DNA of 64,000 bases from Auanema rhodensis (lineage: Eukaryota; Animalia; Nematoda): NCBI GenBank assembly GCA_964057225.1, contig CAXKVF010000074.1, forward strand, positions 186,001-250,000, given 5' to 3'. How positions within the stretch are numbered: the stretch's first letter is position 1; every line of letters begins with the position of its first letter. Under the pieces are notes generated by a model, which made no database searches, was not told the DNA's origin, and saw nothing but the letters and a program-made list of their open reading frames with translations. Shown here one piece after another: positions 28,301 through 43,400 of the stretch. The position numbers and the translations under genes were made by a program.

Positions 28301-31300
28301 CTCGCTTCACGTGAAAGATAAAGAGATGCGGTTTTCAACATTAGATTCCCCATGTCCATATTAGTCTAAAAACAAATTTTTATTGATATTGGTTCATGGT
28401 AACCATGACTTTGAAATTTACGTGAACTTTAATTTATGCTAATTAAATGTACACGTGATGTGCACTTGGTATGTAACTCGCTTCACGTGAAAGATAAAGA
28501 AATGCGGTTTTCAAAATTAGATTCCCCATGTCCATATTAGTCTAAAAACAAATTTTTATTGATATTGGTGCATGGTAACCATGACTTTGAAATTTACGTT
28601 AACTTTAATTTATGCTAATTAAATGTACACGTGATGTGCACTTGGTATGTAACTCGCTTCACGTGAAAGATAAAGAGATGCGGTTTTCAAAATTAGATTC
28701 CCCATGTCCATATTAGTCTAAAAACAAATTTTTATTGATATTGGTTCATGGTAATCATGACTTTGAAATTTACGTGAACTTTAATTTATGCTAATTAAAT
28801 GTACACGTGATGTGCACTTGGTTTGTAACTCGCTTCACGTGAAAGATAAAGAGATGCGGTTTTCAAAATTAGATTCCCCATGTCCATATTAGTCTAAAAA
28901 CAAATTTTTATTGATATTGGTTCATGGTAACCATGACTTTGAAATTTACGTGAACTTTAATTTATGCTAATTAAATGTACACGTGATGTGCACTTGGTAT
29001 GTAACTCGCTTCACGTGAAAGATAAAGAGATGCGGTTTTCAAAATTAGATTCCCCATGTCCATATTAGTCTAAAAACAAATTTTTATTGATATTAGTTCA
29101 TGGTAACCATGACTTTGAAATTTACGTGAACTTTAATTTATGCTAATTAAATGTACACGTGATGTGCACTTGGTATGTAACTCGCTTCACGTGAAAGATA
29201 AAGAGATGCGGTTTTCAAAATTAGATTCCCCATGTCCATATTAGTCTAAAAACAAATTTTTATTGATATTGGTTCATGGTAACCATGACTTTGAAATTTA
29301 CGTGAACTTTAATTTATGCTAATTAAATGTACACGTGATGTGCACTTGGTATGTAACTCGCTTCACGTGAAAGATAAAAAAATGCGGTTTTCAAAATTAG
29401 ATTCCCCATGTCCATATTAGTCTAAAAACAAATTTTTATTGATATTAGTTCATGGTAACCATGACTTTGAAATTTACGTGAACTTTAATTTATGCTAATT
29501 AAATGTACACGTGATGTGCACTTGGTATGTAACTCGCTTCACGTGAAAGATAAAGAGATGCGGTTTTCAAAATTAGATTCCCCATGTCCATATTAGTCTA
29601 AAAACAAATTTTTATTGATATTGATTCATGGTAACCATGACTTTGAAATTTACGTGAACTTTAATTTATGCTAATTAAATGTACACGTGATGTGCACTTG
29701 GTATGTAACTCGCTTCACGTGAAAGATAAAGAGATGCGGTTTTCAAAATTAGATTCCCCATGTCCATATTAGTCTAAAAACAAATTTTTATTGATATTGG
29801 TTCATGGTAACCATGACTTTGAAATTTACGTGAACTTTAATTTATGCTAATTAAATGTACACGTGATGTGCACTTGGTATGTAACTCGCTTCACGTAAAA
29901 GAAAAAGAGATGCGGTTTTCAAAATTAGATTCCCCATGTCCATATTAGTCTAAAAACAAATTTTTATTGATATTGGTTCATGGTAACCATGACTTTGAAA
30001 TTTACGTGAACTTTAATTTATGCTAATTAAATGTACACGTGATGTGCACTTGGTATGTAACTCGCTTCACGTGAAAGATAAAGAGATGCGGTTTTCAAAA
30101 TTAGATTCCCCATGTCCATATTAGTCTAAAAACAAATTTTTATTGATATTGGTTCATGGTAACCATGACTTTGAAATTTACGTGAACTTTAATTTATGCT
30201 AATTAAATGTACACGTGATGTGCACTTGGTATGTAACTCGCTTCACGTGAAAGAAAAAGAGATGCGGTTTTCAAAATTAGATTCCCCATGTCCATATTAG
30301 TCTAAAAACAAATTTTTATTGATATTGGTTCATGGTAACCATGACTTTGAAATTTATGTGAACTTTAATTTATGCTAATTAAATGTACACGTGATGTGCA
30401 CTTGGTATGTAACTCGCTTCACGTGAAAGAAAAAGAGATGCGGTTTTCAAAATTAGATTCCCCATGTCCATATTAGTCTAAAAACAAATTTTTATTGATA
30501 TTGGTTCATGGTAACCATGACTTTGAAATTTACGTGAACTTTAATTTATGCTAATTAAATGTACACGTGATGTGCACTTGGTATGTAACTCGCTTCACGT
30601 GAAAGATAAAGAGATGCGGTTTTCAAAATTAGATTCCCCATGTCCATATTAGTCTAAAAACAAATTTTTATTGATATTGGTGCATGGTAACCATGACTTT
30701 GAAATTTACGTGAACTTTAATTTATGCTAATTAAATGTACACGTGATGTGCACTTGGTATGTAACTCGCTTCACGTGAAAGATGAAGAGATGCGGTTTTC
30801 AAAATTAGATTCCCCATGTCCATATTAGTCTAAAAACGAATTTTTATTGATATTGGTTCATGGTAACCATGACTTTGAAATTTACGTGAACTTTAATTTA
30901 TGCTAATTAAATGTACACGTGATGTGCACTTGGTATGTAACTCGCTTCACGTGAAAGATAAAGAGATGCGGTTTTCAAAATTAGATTCCCCATGTCCATA
31001 TTAGTCTAAAAACAAATTTTTATTGATATTGGTTCATGGTAACCATGACTTTGAATTTTACGTGAACTTTAATTTATGCTAATTAAATGTACACGTGATG
31101 TGCACTTGGTATGTAACTCGCTTCACGTAAAAGATAAAGAGATGCGGTTTTCAAAATTAGATTCCCCATGTCCATATTAGTCTAAAAACAAATTTTTATT
31201 GATATTGCTTCATGGTAACCATGACTTTGAAATTTACGTGAACTTTAATTTATGCTAATTAAATGTACACGTGATGTGCACTTGGTATGTAACTCGCTTC

Positions 31301-34300
31301 ACGTGAAAGATGAAGAGATGCGGTTTTCAAAATTAGATTCCCCATGTCCATATTAGTCTAAAAACAAATTTTTATTGATATTGGTTCATGGTAACCATGA
31401 CTTTGAAATTTACGTGAACTTTAATTTATGCTAATTAAATGTACACGTGATGTGCACTTGGTATGTAACTCGCTTCACGTGAAAGATAAAGAGATGCGGT
31501 TTTCAAAATTAGATTCCCCATGTCCATATTAGTCTAAAAACAAATTTTTATTGATATTGGTTCATGGTAACCATGACTTTGAAATTTACGTGAACTTTAA
31601 TTTATGCTAATTAAATGTACACGTGATGTGCACTTGGTATGTAACTCGCTTCACGTGAAAGAAAAAGAGATGCGGTTTTCAAAATTAGATTCCCCATGTC
31701 CATATTAGTCTAAAAACAAATTTTTATTGATATTGGTTCATGGTAACCATGACTTTGAAATTTACGTGAACTTTAATTTATGCTAATTAAATGTACACGT
31801 GATGTGCACTTGGTATGTAACTCGCTTCACGTGAAAGATAAAGAGATGCGGTTTTCAAAATTAGATTCCCCATGTCCATATTAGTCTAAAAACAAATTTT
31901 TATTGATATTGGTTCATGGTAACCATGACTTTGAAATTTACGTGAACTTTAATTTATGCTAATTAAATGTACACGTGATGTGCACTTGGTATGTAACTCG
32001 CTTCACGTGAAAGATAAAGAGATGCGGTTTTCAAAATTAGATTCCCCATGTCCATATTAGTCTAAAAACAAATTTTTATTGATATTGGTTCATGGTAACC
32101 ATGACTTTGAAATTTACGTGAACTTTAATTTATGCTAATTAAATGTACACGTGATGTGCACTTGGTATGTAACTCGCTTCACGTGAAAGATAAAGAGATG
32201 CGGTTTTCAAAATTAGATTCCCCATGTCCATATTAGTCTAAAAACAAATTTTTATTGATATTGGTTCATGGTAACCATGACTTTGAAATTTACGTGAACT
32301 TTAATTTATGCTAATTAAATGTACACGTGATGTGCACTTGGTATGTAACTCGCTTCACGTGAAAGATAAAGAGATGCGGTTTTCAAAATTAGATTCCCCA
32401 TGTCCATATTAGTCTAAAAACAAATTTTTATTGATATTGGTTCATGGTAACCATGACTTTGAAATTTACGTGAACTTTAATTTATGCTAATTAAATGTAC
32501 ACGTGATGTGCACTTGGTATGTAACTCGCTTCACGTGAAAGATAAAGAGATGCGGTTTTCAAAATTAGATTCCCCATGTCCATATTAGTCTAAAAACAAA
32601 TTTTTATTGATATTGGTTCATGGTAACCATGACTTTGAAATTTACGTGAACTTTAATTTATGCTAATTAAATGTACACGTGATGTGCACTTGGTATGTAA
32701 CTCGCTTCACGTGAAAGATAAAGAGATGCGGTTTTCAAAATTAGATTCCCCATGTCCATATTAGTCTAAAAACAAATTTTTATTGATATTAGTTCATGGT
32801 AACCATGACTTTGAAATTTACGTGAACTTTAATTTATGCTAATTAAATGTACACGTGATGTGCACTTGGTATGTAACTCGCTTCACGTGAAAGATAAAGA
32901 GATGCGGTTTTCAAAATTAGATTCCCCATGTCCATATTAGTCTAAAAACAAATTTTTATTGATATTGGTTCATGGTAACCATGACTTTGAAATTTACGTG
33001 AACTTTAATTTATGCTAATTAAATGTACACGTGATGTGCACTTGGTATGTAACTCGCTTCACGTGAAAGATAAAGAGATGCGGTTTTCAAAATTAGATTC
33101 CCCATGTCCATATTAGTCTAAAAACAAATTTTTATTGATATTGGTTCATGGTAACCATGACTTTGAAATTTACGTGAACTTTAATTTATGCTAATTAAAT
33201 GTACACGTGATGTGCACTTGGTATGTAACTCGCTTCACGTGAAAGATAAAGAGATGCGGTTTTCAAAATTAGATTCCCCATGTCCATATTAGTCTAAAAA
33301 CAAATTTTTATTGATATTGGTTCATGGTAACCATGACTTTGAAATTTACGTGAACTTTAATTTATGCTAATTAAATGTACACGTGATGTGCACTTGGTAT
33401 GTAACTCGCTTCACGTGAAAGATAAAGAGATGCGGTTTTCAAAATTAGATTCCCCATGTCCATATTAGTCTAAAAACAAATTTTTATTGATATTGGTGCA
33501 TGGTAACCATGACTTTGAAATTTACGTGAACTTTAATTTATGCTAATTAAATGTACACGTGATGTGCACTTGGTATGTAACTCGCTTCACGTGAAAGATA
33601 AAGAGATGCGGTTTTCAAAATTAGATTCCCCATGTCCATATTAGTCTAAAAACAAATTTTTATTGATATTAGTTCATGGTAACCATGACTTTGAAATTTA
33701 CGTGAACTTTAATTTATGCTAATTAAATGTACACGTGATGTGCACTTGGTATGTAACTCGCTTCACGTGAAAGATAAAGAGATGCGGTTTTCAAAATTAG
33801 ATTCCCCATGTCCATATTAGTCTAAAAACAAATTTTTATTGATATTGGTTCATGGTAACCATGACTTTGAAATTTACGTGAACTTTAATTTATGCTAATT
33901 AAATGTACACGTGATGTGCACTTGGTATGTAACTCGCTTCACGTGAAAGATAAAGAGATGCGGTTTTCAAAATTAGATTCCCCATGTCCATATTAGTCTA
34001 AAAACAAATTTTTATTGATATTGGTTCATGGTAACCATGACTTTGAAATTTACGTGAACTTTAATTTATGCTAATTAAATGTACACGTGATGTGCACTTG
34101 GTATGTAACTCGCTTCACGTAAAAGAAAAAGAGATGCGGTTTTCAAAATTAGATTCCCCATGTCCATATTAGTCTAAAAACAAATTTTTATTGATATTGG
34201 TTCATGGTAACCATGACTTTGAAATTTACGTGAACTTTAATTTATGCTAATTAAATGTACACGTGATGTGCACTTGGTATGTAACTCGCTTCACGTGAAA

Positions 34301-37300
34301 GATAAAGAGATGCGGTTTTCAAAATTAGATTCCCCATGTCCATATTAGTCTAAAAACAAATTTTTATTGATATTGGTTCATGGTAACCATGACTTTGAAA
34401 TTTACGTGAACTTTAATTTATGCTAATTAAATGTACACGTGATGTGCACTTGGTATGTAACTCGCTTCACGTGAAAGAAAAAGAGATGCGGTTTTCAAAA
34501 TTAGATTCCCCATGTCCATATTAGTCTAAAAACAAATTTTTATTGATATTGGTTCATGGTAACCATGACTTTGAAATTTATGTGAACTTTAATTTATGCT
34601 AATTAAATGTACACGTGATGTGCACTTGGTATGTAACTCGCTTCACGTGAAAGAAAAAGAGATGCGGTTTTCAAAATTAGATTCCCCATGTCCATATTAG
34701 TCTAAAAACAAATTTTTATTGATATTGGTTCATGGTAACCATGACTTTGAAATTTACGTGAACTTTAATTTATGCTAATTAAATGTACACGTGATGTGCA
34801 CTTGGTATGTAACTCGCTTCACGTGAAAGATAAAGAGATGCGGTTTTCAAAATTAGATTCCCCATGTCCATATTAGTCTAAAAACAAATTTTTATTGATA
34901 TTGGTGCATGGTAACCATGACTTTGAAATTTACGTGAACTTTAATTTATGCTAATTAAATGTACACGTGATGTGCACATGGTATGTAACTCGCTTCACGT
35001 GAAAGATGAAGAGATGCGGTTTTCAAAATTAGATTCCCCATGTCCATATTAGTCTAAAAACGAATTTTTATTGATATTGGTTCATGGTAACCATGACTTT
35101 GAAATTTACGTGAACTTTAATTTATGCTAATTAAATGTACACGTGATGTGCACTTGGTATGTAACTCGCTTCACGTGAAAGATAAAGAGATGCGGTTTTC
35201 AAAATTAGATTCCCCATGTCCATATTAGTCTAAAAACAAATTTTTATTGATATTGGTTCATGGTAACCATGACTTTGAATTTTACGTGAACTTTAATTTA
35301 TGCTAATTAAATGTACACGTGATGTGCACTTGGTATGTAACTCGCTTCACGTAAAAGATAAAGAGATGCGGTTTTCAAAATTAGATTCCCCATGTCCATA
35401 TTAGTCTAAAAACAAATTTTTATTGATATTGCTTCATGGTAACCATGACTTTGAAATTTACGTGAACTTTAATTTATGCTAATTAAATGTACACGTGATG
35501 TGCACTTGGTATGTAACTCGCTTCACGTGAAAGATAAAGAGATGCGGTTTTCAAAATTAGATTCCCCATGTCCATATTAGTCTAAAAACAAATTTTTATT
35601 GATATTGGTTCATGGTAACCATGACTTTGAAATTTACGTGAACTTTAATTTATGCTAATTAAATGTACACGTGATGTGCACTTGGTATGTAACTCGCTTC
35701 ACGTGAAAGATAAAGAGATGCGGTTTTCAAAATTAGATTCCCCATGTCCATATTAGTCTAAAAACAAATTTTTATTGATATTGGTGCATGGTAACCATGA
35801 CTTTGAAATTTACGTGAACTTTAATTTATGCTAATTAAATGTACACGTGATGTGCACTTGGTATGTAACTCGCTTCACGTGAAAGATGAAGAGATGCGGT
35901 TTTCAAAATTAGATTCCCCATGTCCATATTAGTCTAAAAACAAATTTTTATTGATATTGGTTCATGGTAACCAAGACTTTGAAATTTACGTGAACTTTAA
36001 TTTATGCTAATTAAATGTACACGTGATGTGCACTTGGTATGTAACTCGCTTCACGTGAAAGATAAAGAGATGCGGTTTTCAAAATTAGATTCCCCATGTC
36101 CATATTAGTCTAAAAACAAATTTTTATTGATATTGCTTCATGGTAACCATGACTTTGAAATTTACGTGAACTTTAATTTATGCTAATTAAATGTACACGT
36201 GATGTGCACTTGGTATGTAACTCGCTTCAGGTGAAAGATAAAGAGATGCGGTTTTCAAAATTAGATTCCCCATGTCCATATTAGTCTAAAAACAAATTTT
36301 TATTGATATTGGTTCATGGTAACCATGACTTTGAATTTTACGTGAACTTTAATTTATGCTAATTAAATGTACACGTGATGTGCACTTGGTATGTAACTCG
36401 CTTCACGTGAAAGATAAAGAAATGCGGTTTTCAAAATTAGATTCCCCATGTCCATATTAGTCTAAAAACAAATTTTTATTGATATTGGTTCATGGTAACC
36501 ATGACTTTGAAATTTACGTGAACTTTAATTTATGCTAATTAAATGTACACGTGATGTGCACTTGGTATGTAACTCGCTTCACGTGAAAGATAAAGAGATG
36601 CGGTTTTCAAAATTAGATTCCCCATGTCCATATTAGTCTAAAAACAAATTTTTATTGATATTGGTGCATGGTAACCATGACTTTGAAATTTACGTGAACT
36701 TTAATTTATGCTAATTAAATGTACACGTGATGTGCACTTGGTATGTAACTCGCTTCACGTGAAAGATGAAGAGATGCGGTTTTCAAAATTAGATTCCCCA
36801 TGTCCATATTAGTCTAAAAACAAATTTTTATTGATATTGCTTCATGGTAACCATGACTTTGAAATTTACGTGAACTTTAATTTATGCTAATTAAATGTAC
36901 ACGTGATGTGCACTTGGTATGTAACTCGCTTCACGTGAAAGATAAAGAGATGCGGTTTTCAAAATTAGATTCCCCATGTCCATATTAGTCTAAAAACAAA
37001 TTTTTATTGATATTGGTTCATGGTAACCATGACTTTGAATTTTACGTGAACTTTAATTTATGCTAATTAAATGTACACGTGATGTGCACTTGGTATGTAA
37101 CTCGCTTCACGTGAAAGATAAAGAAATGCGGTTTTCAAAATTAGATTCCCCATGTCCATATTAGTCTAAAAACAAATTTTTATTGATATTGGTTCATGGT
37201 AACCATGACTTTGAAATTTACGTGAACTTTAATTTATGCTAATTAAATGTACACGTGATGTGCACTTGGTATGTAACTCGCTTCACGTGAAAGATAAAGA

Positions 37301-40300
37301 GATGCGGTTTTCAAAATTAGATTCCCCATGTCCATATTAGTCTAAAAACAAATTTTTATTGATATTGCTTCATGGTAACCATGACTTTGAAATTTACGTG
37401 AACTTTAATTTATGCTAATTAAATGTACACGTGATGTGCACTTGGTATGTAACTCGCTTCAGGTGAAAGATAAAGAGATGCGGTTTTCAAAATTAGATTC
37501 CCCATGTCCATATTAGTCTAAAAACAAATTTTTATTGATATTGGTTCATGGTAACCATGACTTTGAATTTTACGTGAACTTTAATTTATGCTAATTAAAT
37601 GTACACGTGATGTGCACTTGGTATGTAACTCGCTTCACGTGAAAGATAAAGAAATGCGGTTTTCAAAATTAGATTCCCCATGTCCATATTAGTCTAAAAA
37701 CAAATTTTTATTGATATTGGTTCATGGTAACCATGACTTTGAAATTTACGTGAACTTTAATTTATGCTAATTAAATGTACACGTGATGTGCACTTGGTAT
37801 GTAACTCGCTTCACGTGAAAGATAAAGAGATGCGGTTTTCAAAATTAGATTCCCCATGTCCATATTAGTCTAAAAACAAATTTTTATTGATATTGGTGCA
37901 TGGTAACCATGACTTTGAAATTTACGTGAACTTTAATTTATGCTAATTAAATGTACACGTGATGTGCACTTGGTATGTAACTCGCTTCACGTGAAAGATA
38001 AAGAGATGCGGTTTTCAAAATTAGATTCCCCATGTCCATATTAGTCTAAAAACAAATTTTTATTGATATTGGTGCATGGTAACCATGACTTTGAAATTTA
38101 CGTGAACTTTAATTTATGCTAATTAAATGTACACGTGATGTGCACTTGGTATGTAACTCGCTTCACGTGAAAGATGAAGAGATGCGGTTTTCAAAATTAG
38201 ATTCCCCATGTCCATATTAGTCTAAAAACAAATTTTTATTGATATTGCTTCATGGTAACCATGACTTTGAAATTTACGTGAACTTTAATTTATGCTAATT
38301 AAATGTACACGTGATGTGCACTTGGTATGTAACTCGCTTCACGTGAAAGATAAAGAGATGCGGTTTTCAAAATTAGATTCCCCATGTCCATATTAGTCTA
38401 AAAACAAATTTTTATTGATATTGGTTCATGGTAACCATGACTTTGAATTTTACGTGAACTTTAATTTATGCTAATTAAATGTACACGTGATGTGCACTTG
38501 GTATGTAACTCGCTTCACGTGAAAGATAAAGAAATGCGGTTTTCAAAATTAGATTCCCCATGTCCATATTAGTCTAAAAACAAATTTTTATTGATATTGG
38601 TTCATGGTAACCATGACTTTGAAATTTACGTGAACTTTAATTTATGCTAATTAAATGTACACGTGATGTGCACTTGGTATGTAACTCGCTTCACGTGAAA
38701 GATAAAGAGATGCGGTTTTCAAAATTAGATTCCCCATGTCCATATTAGTCTAAAAACAAATTTTTATTGATATTGCTTCATGGTAACCATGACTTTGAAA
38801 TTTACGTGAACTTTAATTTATGCTAATTAAATGTACACGTGATGTGCACTTGGTATGTAACTCGCTTCAGGTGAAAGATAAAGAGATGCGGTTTTCAAAA
38901 TTAGATTCCCCATGTCCATATTAGTCTAAAAACAAATTTTTATTGATATTGGTTCATGGTAACCATGACTTTGAATTTTACGTGAACTTTAATTTATGCT
39001 AATTAAATGTACACGTGATGTGCACTTGGTATGTAACTCGCTTCACGTGAAAGATGAAGAGATGCGGTTTTCAAAATTAGATTCCCCATGTCCATATTAG
39101 TCTAAAAACAAATTTTTATTGATATTGCTTCATGGTAACCATGACTTTGAAATTTACGTGAACTTTAATTTATGCTAATTAAATGTACACGTGATGTGCA
39201 CTTGGTATGTAACTCGCTTCACGTGAAAGATAAAGAGATGCGGTTTTCAAAATTAGATTCCCCATGTCCATATTAGTCTAAAAACAAATTTTTATTGATA
39301 TTGGTTCATGGTAACCATGACTTTGAATTTTACGTGAACTTTAATTTATGCTAATTAAATGTACACGTGATGTGCACTTGGTATGTAACTCGCTTCACGT
39401 GAAAGATAAAGAAATGCGGTTTTCAAAATTAGATTCCCCATGTCCATATTAGTCTAAAAACAAATTTTTATTGATATTGGTTCATGGTAACCATGACTTT
39501 GAAATTTACGTGAACTTTAATTTATGCTAATTAAATGTACACGTGATGTGCACTTGGTATGTAACTCGCTTCACGTGAAAGATAAAGAGATGCGGTTTTC
39601 AAAATTAGATTCCCCATGTCCATATTAGTCTAAAAACAAATTTTTATTGATATTGCTTCATGGTAACCATGACTTTGAAATTTACGTGAACTTTAATTTA
39701 TGCTAATTAAATGTACACGTGATGTGCACTTGGTATGTAACTCGCTTCAGGTGAAAGATAAAGAGATGCGGTTTTCAAAATTAGATTCCCCATGTCCATA
39801 TTAGTCTAAAAACAAATTTTTATTGATATTGGTTCATGGTAACCATGACTTTGAATTTTACGTGAACTTTAATTTATGCTAATTAAATGTACACGTGATG
39901 TGCACTTGGTATGTAACTCGCTTCACGTGAAAGATAAAGAAATGCGGTTTTCAAAATTAGATTCCCCATGTCCATATTAGTCTAAAAACAAATTTTTATT
40001 GATATTGGTTCATGGTAACCATGACTTTGAAATTTACGTGAACTTTAATTTATGCTAATTAAATGTACACGTGATGTGCACTTGGTATGTAACTCGCTTC
40101 ACGTGAAAGATAAAGAGATGCGGTTTTCAAAATTAGATTCCCCATGTCCATATTAGTCTAAAAACAAATTTTTATTGATATTGGTGCATGGTAACCATGA
40201 CTTTGAAATTTACGTGAACTTTAATTTATGCTAATTAAATGTACACGTGATGTGCACTTGGTATGTAACTCGCTTCACGTGAAAGATGAAGAGATGCGGT

Positions 40301-40307
40301 TTTCAAA

Positions 40308-40473
40308 ATTAGATTCCCCATGTCCATATTAGTCTAAAAACAAATTTTTATTGATATTGCTTCATGGTAACCATGACTTTGAAATTTACGTGAACTTTAA
40401 TTTATGCTAATTAAATGTACACGTTGGTATGTAACTCGCTTCACGTGAAAGATAAAGAGATGCGGTTTACAAA
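40308..40473 (+). repeat. 166-bp monomer with 10-bp deletion (GATGTGCACT) plus G53C and GGTTTAC variant
   Basis: Reads GTACACGTTGGTAT instead of GTACACGTGATGTGCACTTGGTAT; junction at about 40424. Confidence 0.95.
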
Positions 40474-43400
40474 ATTAGATTCCCCATGTCCATATTAGTC
40501 TAAAAACAAATTTTTATTGATATTGGTTCATGGTAACCATGACTTTGAAATTTACGTGAACTTTAATTTATGCTAATTAAATGTACACGTGATGTGCACT
40601 TGGTATGTAACTCGCTTCACGTGAAAGATAAAGAGATGCGGTTTTCAAAATTAGATTCCCCATGTCCATATTAGTCTAAAAACAAATTTTTATTGATATT
40701 GGTGCATGGTAACCATGACTTTGAAATTTACGTGAACTTTAATTTATGCTAATTAAATGTACACGTGATGTGCACTTGGTATGTAACTCGCTTCACGTGA
40801 AAGATGAAGAGATGCGGTTTTCAAAATTAGATTCCCCATGTCCATATTAGTCTAAAAACAAATTTTTATTGATATTGGTTCATGGTAACCATGACTTTGA
40901 AATTTACGTGAACTTTAATTTATGCTAATTAAATGTACACGTGATGTGCACTTGGTATGTAACTCGCTTCACGTGAAAGATAAAGAGATGCGGTTTTCAA
41001 AATTAGATTCCCCATGTCCATATTAGTCTAAAAACAAATTTTTATTGATATTAGTTCATGGTAACCATGACTTTGAAATATACGTGAACTTTAATTTATG
41101 CTAATTAAATGTACACGTGATGTGCACTTGGTATGTAACTCGCTTCACGTGAAAGATAAAGAGATGCGGTTTTCAAAATTAGATTCCCCATGTCCATATT
41201 AGTCTAAAAACAAATTTTTATTGATATTGGTTCATGGTAACCATGACTTTGAAATTTACGTGAACTTTAATTTATGCTAATTAAATGTACACGTGATGTG
41301 CACTTGGTATGTAACTCGCTTCACGTGAAAGATAAAGAGATGCGGTTTTCAAAATTAGATTCCCCATGTCCATATTAGTCTAAAAACAAATTCTTATTGA
41401 TATTGGTGCATGGTAACCATGACTTTGAAATTTACGTGAACTTTAATTTATGCTAATTAAATGTACACGTGATGTGCACTTGGTATGTAACTCGCTTCAC
41501 GTGAAAGATGAAGAGATGCGGTTTTCAAAATTAGATTCCCCATGTCCATATTAGTCTAAAAACAAATTTTTATTGATATTGGTTCATGGTAACCATGACT
41601 TTGAAATTTACGTGAACTTCAATTTATGCTAATTAAATGTACACGTGATGTGCACTTGGTATGTAACTCGCTTCACGTGAAAGATAAAGAGATGCGGTTT
41701 TCAAAATTAGATTCCCCATGTCCATATTAGTCTAAAAACAAATTTTTATTGATATTAGTTCATGGTAACCATGACTTTGAAATATACGTGAACTTTAATT
41801 TATGCTAATTAAATGTACACGTGATGTGCACTTGGTATGTAACTCGCTTCACGTGAAAGATAAAGAGATGCGGTTTTCAAAATTAGATTCCCCATGTCCA
41901 TATTAGTCTAAAAACAAATTTTTATTGATATTGCTTCATGGTAACCATGACTTTGAAATATACGTGAACTTTAATTTATGCTAATTAAATGTACACGTGA
42001 TGTGCACTTGGTATGTAACTCGCTTCACGTGAAAGATAAAGAGATGCGGTTTTCAAAATTAGATTCCCCCTGTCCATATTAGTCTAAAAACAAATTTTTA
42101 TTGATATTGGTTCATGGTAACCATGACTTTGAAATTTACGTGAACTTTAATTTATGCTAATTAAATGTACACGTGATGTGCACTTGGTATGTAACTCGCT
42201 TCACGTGAAAGATAAAGAGATGCGGTTTTCAAAATTAGATTCCCCATGTCCATATTAGTCTAAAAACAAATTTTTATTGATATTAGTTCATGGTAACCAT
42301 GACTTTGAAATATACGTGAACTTTAATTTATGCTAATTAAATGTACACGTGATGTGCACTTGGTATGTAACTCGCTTCACGTGAAAGATAAAGAGATGCG
42401 GTTTTCAAAATTAGATTCCCCATGTCCATATTAGTCTAAAAACAAATTTTTATTGATATTGCTTCATGGTAACCATGACTTTGAAATTTACGTGAACTTT
42501 AATTTATGCTAATTAAATGTACACGTGATGTGCACTTGGTATGTAACTCGCTTCACGTGAAAGATAAAGAGATGCGGTTTTCAAAATTAGATTCCCCATG
42601 TCCATATTAGTCTAAAAACAAATTTTTATTGATGTTGGTGCATGGTAACCATGACTTTGAAATTTACGTGAACTTTAATTTATGCTAATTAAATGTACAC
42701 GTGATGTGCACTTGGTATGTAACTCGCTTCACGTGAAAGATGAAGAGATGCGGTTTTCAAAATTAGATTCCCCAAGTCCATATTAGTCTAAAAACAAATT
42801 TTTATTGATATTGCTTCATGGTAACCATGACTTTGAAATTTACGTGAACTTTAATTTATGCTAATTAAATGTACACGTGATGTGCACTTGGTGTGTAACT
42901 CGCTTCACGTGAAAGATAAAAAGATGCGGTTTTCAAAATTAGATTCCCCATGTCCATATTAGTCTAAAAACAAATTTTTATTGATATTGGTGCATGGTAA
43001 CCATGACTTTGAAATTTACGTGAACTTTAATTTATGCTAATTAAATGTACACGTGATGTGCACTTGGTATGTAACTCGCTTCACGTGAAAGATAAAGAGA
43101 TGCGGTTTTCAAAATTAGATTCCCCATGTCCATATTAGTCTAAAAAAAAATTTTTATTGATATTGGTTCATGGTAACCATGACTTTGAAATTTACGTGAA
43201 CTTTAATTTATGCTAATTAAATGTACACGTGATGTGCACTTGGTATGTAACTCGCTTCACGTGAAAGATAAAGAGATGCGGTTTTCAAAATTAGATTCCC
43301 CATGTCCATATTAGTCTAAAAACAAATTTTTATTGATATTGGTGCATGGTAACCATGACTTTGAAATTTACGTGAACTTTAATTTATGCTAATTAAATGT

